A stretch of DNA of 64,000 bases. Source: the human T2T-CHM13v2.0 reference genome, Homo sapiens. Location of the stretch: assembly GCF_009914755.1 (NCBI RefSeq), contig NC_060929.1; one strand, 5' to 3'. Shown piece by piece: positions 1 to 10,630 of the stretch. The notes under the pieces are model-generated. The model ran no database searches, was not told where the DNA came from, and saw only the letters and a program-made list of their open reading frames with translations. The translations under genes and the position numbers were made by a program. Position 1 is the first letter of the stretch. The number at the start of each line of letters is the position of its first letter.

Positions 1-1353
1 TACATCTCTATCAGAGCTCTTGGGTGAGTAGACACATTATCAATAAGCAGTTGTATTTTAAAGAAATCCTTTTTTATGAAAAGTAGGTCTCAACAGTGAG
101 CTTAAAATATTCAGTAAACCATGCTGTAAACAGATGTGCCATTGTCTTTTGTTGTTCCATTTCTAGAGCACAGGCAGAGTAGCCTTAGCATAATTCTTAA
201 GGGCTCTAGGATTTTTAGAATGGTAAATGAACATTGGTTTCAACTTCAAGTCACCAGCTGCATTATCTCCTAAAAAGAGAGTCAGCCTGTCCTTTGAAAC
301 TTTGAAGCCAGGCATTGACTTCTCCTCTCCAGCTGTGAAAGTCTTAGTTGGCGTCTTCTTCCAATAGAAGGCTATTTTGTCTCCATTAAAAATCTGTTGT
401 TCTGTGTAGCCACCTTTGGCAATGATCGAATGAACTTAGTTAGATTTTCTGGATAACTTGCTGCAGCTTCCCCATGAGCAACTGCTGCATCACTTTGCAC
501 TTTTATATTATGGAGATCGCTTCTTCCCTTAAACTTCATGAACCAACCTGTGCTAGCCTCCAACTTTTCTTCTGCAGCTTCCTCACATCTATCAGCCTTC
601 ATAGAACTGAAGAGAGTTAGGGCCTTACTTTGGATTAGATTTTGGCTTAAGGGGATATTGTGGCTGGTTTGATCTGTCCAGATCACTAAAACTTTCTTTA
701 TATCAGCAACAAGGGTGTTTAGATTCCTTATTATTCATGTGTTTCCTGGATTAACATTTTTAATTTCCTTCAAAATTTTTCCTTTGCATTCACAACTAGG
801 CTGCTTGGTGCAGGAGACCTAGTTTTTGGCCTGTCTTGGCTTTCAACCTGCCTTCTGACTAAGCTTAATTATTTATAACTTTTGGTTTAAAGTGAGAGAC
901 ATGTAACTCTTCCTTTCACTTGAAGAAATAGAGGACATTGTAGAGTTATTAATTGGCCAATATTGATGTGTCTTATGGAATAGGAAGGCCCCAGAAGAGG
1001 GAGGGAGATGGAGGAACAGCCAGTTGGTGAAGTAGTTAGAGCACACACAACAATCATCAATTAAGTTTACTGTCTTATTTGGGTGTGGCTCATGACACCT
1101 CAAAACAATTGCAATAGTTACCATCAAAAATCACTGTTCACAGATCACCATAACAAAGATAACAATAATGGAAAAGTTTGAAATGTGAGAATTACCAAAA
1201 TGTGACACGCTAACACCAAATGAGCACATGCTGCTAGAAAAATGGCACCACTAGACTTGCTCCATGTAGGGTTGCTAGAAACCTTTAATTTGTAAAAAGC
1301 ACAATTATCTTGAAGTGCAATAAAGTGAAGCACAAAAAAATGAGTTATGCTTG
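1..1353 (-). mobile_element. Tigger1 DNA transposon (TcMar-Tigger), 5' half, running off the window start; transposase disrupted
   Basis: ORF 372..686 ([25 protein letters not shown]...[12 protein letters not shown]) resembles the CENP-B-type HTH region of the Tigger1 transposase. A degenerate 5' TIR (rc CAAGCATAACTC) ends at 1353, followed by TA. Confidence 0.93.
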
Positions 1354-1355
1354 TA

Positions 1356-2235
1356 CCTGCCTTTTTTCCTTGAAGATAGGTTACATTTTTCTCTTTCTTC
1401 TCTTATCTAGTGATATTAGATATTATAGATGATACATTAAAGACACGTATATTTATAAAAACTTCTCCTCTATCAGATTTATTCTTACAGATAGTTAAGT
1501 GACTGGGTGAAAAACTAAAGAACTTGTGAAGGCTAGATTTTACACTCTTCTCAGGTATATATATTTCTGTATTGTTTTTAGTCCTAGGAAGAATCCCTTA
1601 ATCCTGAGAAGTTGTGTTTACTTCGTGCCATAGCCCTTCTGGAGTATTAATGGAAAGCTCAAGGCATTTTTCAAGCTTTTCTAGCATTGCATGATTAAAC
1701 CCCCAAATGCTGTCTTCTCTGAAGAGGGCAGCAACTGAAATCTCAGTTTAGGCCTTTAGATTCCACTGTGGATTTCTGCTGGGTTCTTTGAGTCTCTCCC
1801 TCACAAGACCTATTCAGGAGTGGGCCAAAGATTTGAGAGGTGTTTACACTCTAGTTTTTGTGCTTACCGCCCACAGCATCCCTCTTTCCTGAATTTTCTC
1901 TGTCGATTTTCAGCCATACTGATGGCACTTAATTTTTTTTGACATCTTTAGCATATAAAACTGTGACTTTCTGCTTGACTTCTATTTAATCTGCAACATA
2001 TGGACCAGAGAGTGCCTTCAGGAAAATAGCTCAATACACATGGATCTTACCTCATGTAGTTTCCTTCTTTCATAGATATAATACACTCCATTTTATAAAA
2101 TGCCTGCTTTGGATCACTCTCAGTGCCTTAAAATAGTTGTGTTTCTTAAAATGTTTCATCCATGGTTTATAATTATTATCTGTGGCTGGTTTAGTCCAAT
2201 ACAAGTTACTCTGTTATTACTGGAATTAGAATTTC
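1356..2235 (-). mobile_element. Old L1 (L1ME-like) fragment flanking the Tigger1
   Basis: Motifs such as TGCCTGCTTTGGATCACTCTCAGTGCCTT and TTTAGTCCAATACAAGTTACTCTG resemble antisense L1ME 5' region; highly diverged. Confidence 0.5.
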
Positions 2236-2269
2236 TTTCTATTCTATGAATTATTGAATTTTTCCTCAT

Positions 2270-2420
2270 AATAAAATAACAATTAGCAGTTATTGTTACC
2301 ACTGTTTTCCTGGTAAGTAAAACTGGCTCAAAAAGATTAATTCATTTTCTCAAAGCTATCCAGCTTATAAGTGGCACTGAGTTAGACTCTAAGTGCTATA
2401 ATTTTAGCCACAAATCTCTA
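2270..2420 (-). mobile_element. MIR SINE fragment
   Basis: GTAAGTAAAACTGGCTCAAAAAGATTAATTCATTTTCTCAAAGCTATCCAGC resembles the MIR core. Confidence 0.6.
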
Positions 2421-2792
2421 GTATTGGCATTATAGTAATTCAGGGTAGAGAATAGAAAAGTCATGTGATCTTGGGAGAAAACTCGATGTGTTGATGTCAG
2501 GCACATGCTGTTTATTTTGTTTGTCTGGGTAATAGCCAAAAAGAGAAATTACTGCAATGACCCAGGTATTTTATTTATGTCATTGTTCATACAACATATG
2601 CATAGCTTGAAGACTTGGTGCCTTCCTGACTTCACTTACCAGGCTGTGTTCAGTCATTTCATCAGAGGTAGGACTGCTTCCCAAGAAGATGAGGCAGCAT
2701 TATGTAATCCACAAGCAGAATGGCATTACACAGTCATCTAATAGAAAAATAAGTCATAGAAGGAAGGAAAAGACCTTCAAGATTGCATAACT

Positions 2793-3148
2793 ATACGTTA
2801 GTTAGCTTGGGCTGCCATTGCAAAATACTGCAGACTACATGGCTTAGCAGAAATTCATTTTCTCACAGTTCTAAAGCCTAGAAATCCAAGATCGATGTTC
2901 TGGCTGATTCGGTTTCTTGTGAGAGCTCTCCTTCTGGCTTGCAAATGGCCACTGTCTCACTATAGTCTCACATGGTGTTTCCCTGCTTCCTCTTTTACAA
3001 GAACATTGATCCCATTGCATCAGGACCCCACACTCATGACTTCATTAAACTTAGTTACTTCCAAAGGCCCCATCTCTAAATACTATCACATTGAGGCCTA
3101 GGGTTCCAACATGTAAATTTTTGGAAAGCACAATTTAGTTCATAATAG
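2793..3148 (-). mobile_element. MLT1A-type MaLR solo LTR
   Basis: GGGCTGCCAT..AAAATACT...TTCTCACAGTTCT...CCAAGATC...GGACCCCACACTCATGACTTCATT...CACAATTTAGTTCATA follows the MLT1A/B layout. Confidence 0.8.
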
Positions 3149-3609
3149 CTAAATGCTGGTATCCAGGGAATAGCTGAAGTGACTGAAGTCAGACAGGTAG
3201 AGGTAAGTCCAGGATAACTTTCCAAGCATCCTCCCCTGCTCAGTGTTTTTTCACTGGAGGGTAGCCCTCTGGCTGAATTTGTCAAAGAGGACTCTTCTTT
3301 TGTTTACCTGTTAGGTATTCTGAAGATCTGTATAAGAATTGCCCTTGCTTATGAGCAAAACAAGCAACTAACTACCCAGAAGTATTTGGTGTGTACAAAC
3401 TACCCTAAAATATCCCTGATTCTTGCCTGAAGCTTCCAACATAAAAGGGATGCTATTGGTTAAATGCATGGTCTTTAACAAAATAGATAGGTTTGTTAGA
3501 GGTGCCTCATTTAAAATTTGAATTAATTGATACAATCCTTTCTCATATGACAGCTTCAATGGGTAAACACTAATGAGGAAATCTTTCAGTATATGAGAGC
3601 TCTATCATA

Positions 3610-3760
3610 TTATTAATTTGAATTTCAGTTTCCTCATCTGTCAAATGGGGATAAGGATAGCATCAACTTTTTACTTGCTATAAATAAAATCTGAGAGGAC
3701 ATAGCTAAAGTTTCTAGCAGAGTATTTGACACACTGTAAGCTCAAAAGATAGCAGCTATT
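3610..3760 (+). mobile_element. MIR SINE fragment
   Basis: TCAGTTTCCTCATCTGTCAAATGGGGATA core. Confidence 0.8.
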
Positions 3761-3793
3761 GATGATGATGATGATGATGATAATGATGATGAT
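3760..3793. repeat. (GAT)n microsatellite
   Basis: Direct reading. Confidence 0.9.
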
Positions 3794-3978
3794 TAAAGAG
3801 AATAACTGTGGGCACTTATGCTATTAGGAAGACTATTTGGGGCTTCCTGGATACTCTGAAAATAGTGTGACTACAATGGATATATGAGATCTGTGAGAGG
3901 GAAAAAGGGCCACATAGAAAAGAGACAAAGATAAGGGGCATAAATATATACAATTTTTATTTGCCGATTAAAATAGAT

Positions 3979-5013
3979 AATTTTTTAAAAAGACTACAAA
4001 GACAACCCACAGAATGGGAGAAAATATTTGCAAACCAAATGTCTGATAATATCAGATAATATCTGGTTAATAGCTAGAATATATAAAGAATTCCTACAAG
4101 GCAATTACAAAACAACCACCAAATTAAAATAAAATGGGCAAAGGACGTGAACAGACATTTCTCCAAAGAAGATGTACAGATGGTCAACAAGCACATGAAA
4201 ATATGCTCACTATCACCAACTATTAGGGAAATATAAATCAAAACCACAGTGGGATATCATTTCATGCCCATTAGGATGGCCATTATCAAAACAAAAACAA
4301 ACTAATAATTGTTGATAAGGATGCAGAGAAACTGGAAATCTTATGCATTGCTGGTGAGAATGTAAAATGGTGCAGCCATTGTAAAGAACAGTTTAGTGGT
4401 TCCTCAAAAGGCTAAATATAAAGCTATATAAACATATAATCTAGCAATCTCAATCCTAGGCATGTACCACAAAGAATTAAAAGCAAGGAGTCAAACAGAC
4501 ACTTGTGCACCAGTGTTCATAGAAGCATTATTCACAATAGCCAGGAGGTAGAAACAATCCAAATGCCCATCAACAGGTGAATGAATGAGCAAAATTTGGT
4601 GTATATGCATCATACAATGAAATGTTATTCAGCCATAAAATGAATGAAATTATGATACATCTACAACGTAGATAACCCTTGAGGACATTATGCTAAGTGA
4701 AATCAGCTAGACAGCAAGGATAAATAATTTAATATTCCACTTATATGAGATACCTGAAATAGGCAAATCATAGAGACAGAAAGTAGATAGGGGCTACCAG
4801 GGACTTGGGGATGGGGGTTGGGCATGAGAAAATGAAGAGTTATTGTTTAATGAGTACAGAGTTTCTGTTTGGAATGATAAAAAAGTTCTGGAAATGGCTA
4901 ATGGTGGTGGTGGCATAACATTGTGAATGGAATTATGCCACAGAATTGTGTACTGAAAGATGGTTAAATGGCAAATTTTATGTTGTATGTATTTTACCAC
5001 AATAAAAATGTTA
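3979..5013 (+). mobile_element. L1MB-type LINE-1, 3' part of ORF2 plus 3'UTR
   Basis: AAAGACAACCCACAGAATGGGAGAAAATATTTGCAAA... through ...ATGTATTTTACCACAATAAAAA. Confidence 0.88.
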
Positions 5014-5337
5014 AAAATAGATTGGAAATATTAGAGTTGAATTTGATCCGCACAATTTTGCCTAGGAGTAATATAGAATTAGTGAATAATTTGGATTTCC
5101 ATTTACAAGATAAAATAACCAGAGTCCCAAGATAGCAACAAAGCACATCAGGGTAACCTAGGAGAGAGTAGAGAAACCAGGACCTAAATTCCATTTCTTT
5201 GGTATATGTGTTGAGCCTTGGTAGATAAGAGGTTGATGTTATTAGTAAGCCAATAAAGCAGATAGTTTCTGAGCTTCTGTACTGCACTGAGCCCTGTTCT
5301 AGGCCACTTCTGGGGATGGTCCATAGAAATGTAAAGC

Positions 5338-6110
5338 AAGACATTTATGCGGCCAACAAACATATGAAAAAAGCTCATCATCGCTGGTCATTAGAGAAAT
5401 GCAAATCGAAACCACAATGAGATGCCATCTCACGCCAGTTAGAATGGAGATCATTAAAAAGTCAGGAAACAACAGATGCTGGAGAGGATGTGGAGACATA
5501 GGAACACTTTTACCCTGTTGGTGGGAGTGTAAATTAGTTCAGCCATCGTGGAAGACAGTGCGGCAATTCCTCAAGGATCTAGAACCAGAAATACCATTTG
5601 ACCCAGCAATCCCATTACTGGGAATATACCCAAAGGATTATAAATCATTCTATTATAAAGACACATCCACATAGCAAATACTTGGAACCAACCAAAATGC
5701 CCATCAATGATAGGCTGGATAAAGAAAATGTGGCACATATACACCAAAGAATACTATGCAGCCATAAAAAAGTATGAGTTCATGTTTTTTGCGGGGACAT
5801 AGACGAAGCTGGAAACCATCATTCTCAGCAAACTAACACAGGAACAGAAAACCAAACACTGCATGTTCTCACTCATAAGTGGGAGTTGAACAATAAGAAT
5901 ACATGGACACAGGGAGGGGAACATCACACACCAGGGCCTGTCATGGGGCAGGGGGCTAGGGGAGGGATAGCGTTAGGAGAAATACCTAATATAGACGACA
6001 GTTTGATGAGTGTGGCAAACCACCATGGCACGTGTGTACCTATGTAACAAACCTGCACATTTTGCACATGTATCCCAGAAATTAAAGTATAATAATAATT
6101 TTAAAAAAAA
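5338..6110 (+). mobile_element. L1PA (about PA7/PA8) 3' end with poly(A)
   Basis: ORF 5399..5674 is the ORF2 C-terminal region (CWRGCG..GTL..CWWECKLVQP.WK). G-rich 3'UTR and A tail are present. A short internal deletion lies near 5670. Confidence 0.93.
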
Positions 6111-6179
6111 GATTTTCTTACCACTTCAGGAACCCCTATAAAATGAATGGCAAATTAAAGAATCTTGAGATGCCAAGTA

Positions 6180-6240
6180 AGCAAACACCACCTGTACCCC
6201 AATAACCAATGGGGAAAATTTTTAAAATAAAATAAGAAAA
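6180..6240 (+). mobile_element. L1PB-like extreme 3' tip
   Basis: CAAACACCACCTGTACCCCAATAACC followed by an A-rich tail. Confidence 0.55.
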
Positions 6241-6464
6241 CAAGTTTTAATCTCAAGAATTTTGCAATTTGGTTAGGAGTAACAGTTTAATCATCCATTC
6301 AAAAAAGACTTGAGAAATGCAAACTTACAAACTTAAGAGGTAGGTTAGGTGATTTAAAACTATGAAGTACTATAGTAGGTGAGATTCAGTAAGGGTTGGA
6401 GATGTCTGGGAAGACTCTGACCTTGAATAGGGCCTTGGTTAGGGCAAACCTGCTGATGTTTAAG

Positions 6465-6730
6465 GTCTGACAAGTGCCAGATCTGCTGCATTAATGATGG
6501 ATCACTTCATGAATGCTGAGTTGTTAAGGGGCCTGTCATTCCAGCAAGAGGCTGATGGATTTATTAAAGCTTCCCATGAAAGCTGTACTAACTGGATTAG
6601 CTGCTAACATGGATTGAGGCTTTGAGTGGGATTAACCACAATTGCCATGAATTAGTTCCTCTTTTTTTATCCTTTTCTTTCCTTCTCCTATATCTTGACT
6701 CTTTGGCAAAGCCAGGTGACAGGGGAACAA
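6465..6730. promoter_or_regulatory. Candidate developmental enhancer (Pbx-Hox, Meis and GGATTA motifs)
   Basis: TGATGGAT 6495-6502, CTGTCA 6533-6538, TGATGGATTT 6553-6562, GGATTA twice near 6594 and 6629, TGACAG 6717-6722, in apparently repeat-free DNA. Motif evidence only. Confidence 0.3.
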
Positions 6731-7765
6731 TAGTCAGGTTTACTTTCTTGGAGTTAAAGGAATCTGGGAAAATCTATTAAGTGACTTTTCTCTGGTTTTT
6801 AAACCCTGGGGGATTTAATTCAATGGTAAAGAAACCTTATCCCACAATTTAATTCCTCACCACCAGGGTTTCCATCCCCCAATTCCATAGGCTTAATTAG
6901 ACTAGTTCAAGGTGGTTTAATCAAGGAGATCCATTTTTAGAGAGTTTTCCAAGTTCTTGCTGGTACTATCATGGGCTTCATTGATGGAGGAGAATGGTTA
7001 ACAAAATCTTTTCTTCTTTTTCTCTTGCCTTTTTCTTTTCTTTTTCTTCCTTCTTTTTCTTGTTCTTTCCACATTAATTGAGCAATGTTACAATATAAAA
7101 ACTCAGTTTTGGATACACAAAAATGCATAATGTGCTCATAGCTGAACCTTAGTAAATGTTTTCAAACTGAACTGAATGTATAAGCATATTTTCTTGCTCT
7201 TGGGAGTCTCTGCCTGTTGTTTAAGGTCTGGCCATAAAATGGTCCTACTCACTCTTTGATTCCCTACCTGTTCCCAAAGAATTTTCTAGCCAAAGTTGCC
7301 CATCTCATCTCTGAAACACAGTGTGACCATTCCATGTTTCAAGTTTGATGTGCTGAACTCTCTATGTGTCTACTCCTTCAAATGTCTTGACCCTTCAAAT
7401 CTCACTTCACTCCTGGACAGTTTTTCAAGCATTACTCTAGGTCCTATAGTTCTCTCCATCTTCTGTCTCCATCTTTTTTTTTTCTGTATTGCTCCAGTAA
7501 CTAATGTGTACACAGCAAACTTTATCATCTACCCCTGGGCGATGCTTCTAAACTAGAGTGTGTTTCTATGTGTTTGTCTGTGCCTGTTTCAGTATTGTGG
7601 GAAATGTTATTGGCTTTTCTCCTCATCACCACACACTGAATGATTGCTTTTGCAGCTTGTCAGACCTTTACTGGGCACCTAATCTCAGTATTGTCTGACA
7701 TGGTTTTAAGAAGCTCTTCCTGTAAGTCAACCAAATTTTTAGATGACGTAGATACTCTCAGGTCT

Positions 7766-8185
7766 GGCTTAGTCTGTGCCTAGAGGTCATAAGTAAATTT
7801 GTGGCTGAGGTTTGGAGTCAGTTTATGTTTGGAATTAAATCATCACAGTAAATATACATAAAAATTATAATTAATTCACCCTTTATTTGTTTGTCTCACA
7901 TGGATGTTTTGCTAGTTACTGTATCCTAGCAGAGAGCCTGTCAAGTAGTAGACACTTCAATACTTGTTGAATAATGAATTAATGAATGGCCTTACTCTAT
8001 GGTCAGGATTAAGGCCCACCATTGGCTGGAGTTAAGGCTAAGTCTGTGCCCAGGGTTAGATGCTAGTCTTGTCTTGTTTCAGGAGTAAGTCTGGTTATTT
8101 GTAGCTGGGGTCAGACTTTATTCTTCGAATGGGAGTGCAGTATAGTTTGTGGTCATGCTCAGGGCTGAGTAGATGGCTAGAGTTA
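7766..8185. repeat. Highly degenerate ~24-bp tandem repeat (approx. GGGCTCAGTCTGTGGCCAGGGTTA), interrupted by an L2 tail
   Basis: Units at 7766-7789, 7814-7837, 7988-8011, 8012-8034, 8035-8058 and 8162-8185. Confidence 0.55.
7878..7987 (+). mobile_element. L2 3' end
   Basis: ACTGTATCCTAGCAGAGAGCCTG...CAATACTTGTTGAATAATGAATTAATGAAT. Confidence 0.7.
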
Positions 8186-8624
8186 AAGCACAGGGCAAAT
8201 CTAGAGCACACTGCCTGATTTCAACCTAGAGATCAGTCTAGAGTAGTAGACTGACTCTACCTACAGCATGGACTTCAAAGGTAGTTTTCAACTGAATTTT
8301 AGGTAAGTGGATTTCTGACTTCATAATCCATTGAAAGCTACCATCACAGTTTGGAAATAAATGGCCAAATTTCAAGTCCTAGATTAGGGATTCTCTCCTG
8401 CAGTGACTGTTGAGCAACAGACGAATTGGTGAATTATGATTGTGAGTTGCTCATTGGTCCTATGTGCTCACTTGCTCTCTGTTCCAGTTGAAATGTCAGT
8501 CCCTGTCATCTCTATTGTGATGTTTCTCTGCTGCTCTGTCTGTCTTGAGTTCCCCTGGCTGGCTGTCTCATTGCCTATCTCATTTTCTTTTGTCCTCTCC
8601 TAGTTTTTATCAGTCACCTTGCTG

Positions 8625-8710
8625 GGTTCTTGCTGAGGCAGCACTGCTCACAAATCATTAATAACTTGGAAAATGGCTCTGAGTTTGGTGATGGATTAAT
8701 CCCAGTGGTG
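8625..8710. promoter_or_regulatory. Candidate enhancer: near-perfect MARE plus overlapping TGATGGATTA and GGATTAATCC
   Basis: TGCTGAGGCAGCA 8631-8643, TGATGGATTA 8689-8698, palindrome GGATTAATCC 8693-8702. Confidence 0.3.
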
Positions 8711-8934
8711 AAGGAATAACTGGGAGGTCAGCTGCCCTGTACAGGAAATGACCACTGGAAGCCCTTTACCTGGATTTAGGCAAACTTACTCCCCACCGAG
8801 ATCACTGCCTGAACATATAGAACCTTCTTTTTTGCTGCCAAACCTTCTCATAGTGCTTCAGCTTCCAGGGTCCTGCTACTATTTCATTATCAAAAGTTAC
8901 CGCTATGGAGTCCTATGCTCTGATCTCTCCTTTG

Positions 8935-9120
8935 AGCCAAAAGAACCAGGTTTTGATCTTAAAATTGTTATGAGTCAGCTGTTATACTTTGCACAAGTGT
9001 TTAATCTCTGCTAGATCTCAATTTCTTCATCTGTAAAGTGGGAATGATAGTCTCTGTGAGAAAAAAAGGCGGTGATACATTTGTCAGTGCTTTGTAAAAT
9101 TAAAAGTTTTGTGCAAAGGT
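8935..9120 (+). mobile_element. MIR SINE
   Basis: CTCAATTTCTTCATCTGTAAAGTGGGAATGATA core. Confidence 0.8.
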
Positions 9121-9704
9121 AAGAATAATTTGTATGAACCTTCTATACAACTTTTTAATGTCAGAAGAGGGATTTCAATGTGATAACTAGGAGTCATGAA
9201 TAGTATGGGCATTGTAGATACCAAGACAAGTTGAAGAAATACATATTTGGCTTGAGTGATGGGAAATTTTCAGAAATTTGTATTGGTAAGTTATTTTTGC
9301 CTACACGTGTAGACATCCACTTTTTTGATTGAACACAAACACCCGTGTATTCACATATGTTTATATATATGAAACATAATGCAAATTTATACATGACAGA
9401 GGGAGTAATTTGAAGATAGAATCTTTGCTCTTTTCTTACAAAATACCATGATTCTCAATGAGTTACCTAGTGTTGTTCTTGTTATTTTGTCTGATGCCCC
9501 ACAAAGACCCATCTATTTATTTTTATTATTAAAAGAAAATACAGACATGTCTGATTCTACTCCATCATTATTCTCCTTGAACCTATCCTGAACAAGATAT
9601 TTTGCCCATCTCATTGATCCATCATCTTAGATGAGGAGCCCATGCCACATAAAAAGCCTTTCATGAGTCTCACTCATTGTCTTAGATGAGGGATTTTTCT
9701 TAGA

Positions 9705-10480
9705 AACTTCATTCAGCTAATAGTTTGGTGCACCTGCAATCCACAAATGCCACAGTATTGCCACAGGGGATCAGCTGAAACAAAATAGACATACTCTCTG
9801 TCTGCATGAAGTTTTGTGTTGCCATTCTATTTGCTAGGTACTAGCACTGCAAAAGAAATGGAGACAAGGTTCCTCTGATTATGAAGAGTGACAATATACA
9901 AATAATATTAAAAAAAGATATTAGGTAAATTCCCTGAAGAGAATTAAGCACAATGATGTGGTAGGGAGCACCGAGAGAGTGACTACAGATAATATGGACA
10001 AGAAACACACCTCAGAGACTGGGACATTTAAGTTGAAGACTATATGACAAGGAGGAGAGAGTCATGCAAAGATTGAAGACAATGAGAAATCAAAGGAAAG
10101 TCAGTGTAGCTGGAGCCAGGTGGGCCAGTGGAAGGGTCAGGAAGATGAGATTGATATGAGTGCAGTTGTCTAGGACATTGTAGGCTGTTTGATTCTAAGT
10201 TCATCAGGAATCCACTCATTTTAAGCATCAAAGTGACATTGTTTAATACATATTTTTAAAAGGCCAGTAACTCATTCTTGCTATTTGTGGATTGGGATGA
10301 TAGCAAAGTCAGGGACACATACTAGGAGATTTTACAGTAGTCCAGACAAGAGATTATGGAAGTTTGGACCGTTGTATTCGTAGTGGAAATGGAAAGAAGA
10401 GTAATAATTCAAGTCATATTTTAAAGTGATATCTGTTAGATTTGCCCATCAGGCAAACTGGATGTGAAGGGTTAAAGGAA
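9705..10480 (-). mobile_element. L2 LINE fragment
   Basis: TTCATTCAGC...GGAGATTTTACAGTAGTCCAGACAAGAGATTATGG pattern of antisense L2. Confidence 0.7.
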
Positions 10481-10499
10481 AATTGCTGTCATTATACTT

Positions 10500-10630
10500 T
10501 AATACGTTTATTCATCCATCTTTACTTGTAGACTGTAAGCTTTTTGAGGCCAGAATCTGAGTCTTTAACTATTCCTTCTCCTTGGCACAATGTTTGGCAT
10601 GGTGGATATATGTTGAATGAGTGAATAAAT
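10500..10630 (+). mobile_element. L2 3' end
   Basis: TAGACTGTAAGCTTTTTGAGGCCAG...TGTTGAATGAGTGAAT. Confidence 0.8.

Noticed and set aside
5399-5674. ORF with a Cys-rich motif as a host gene; likewise 40184..40612
   Set aside because: These are L1 ORF2 C-terminal fragments inside truncated L1 copies.
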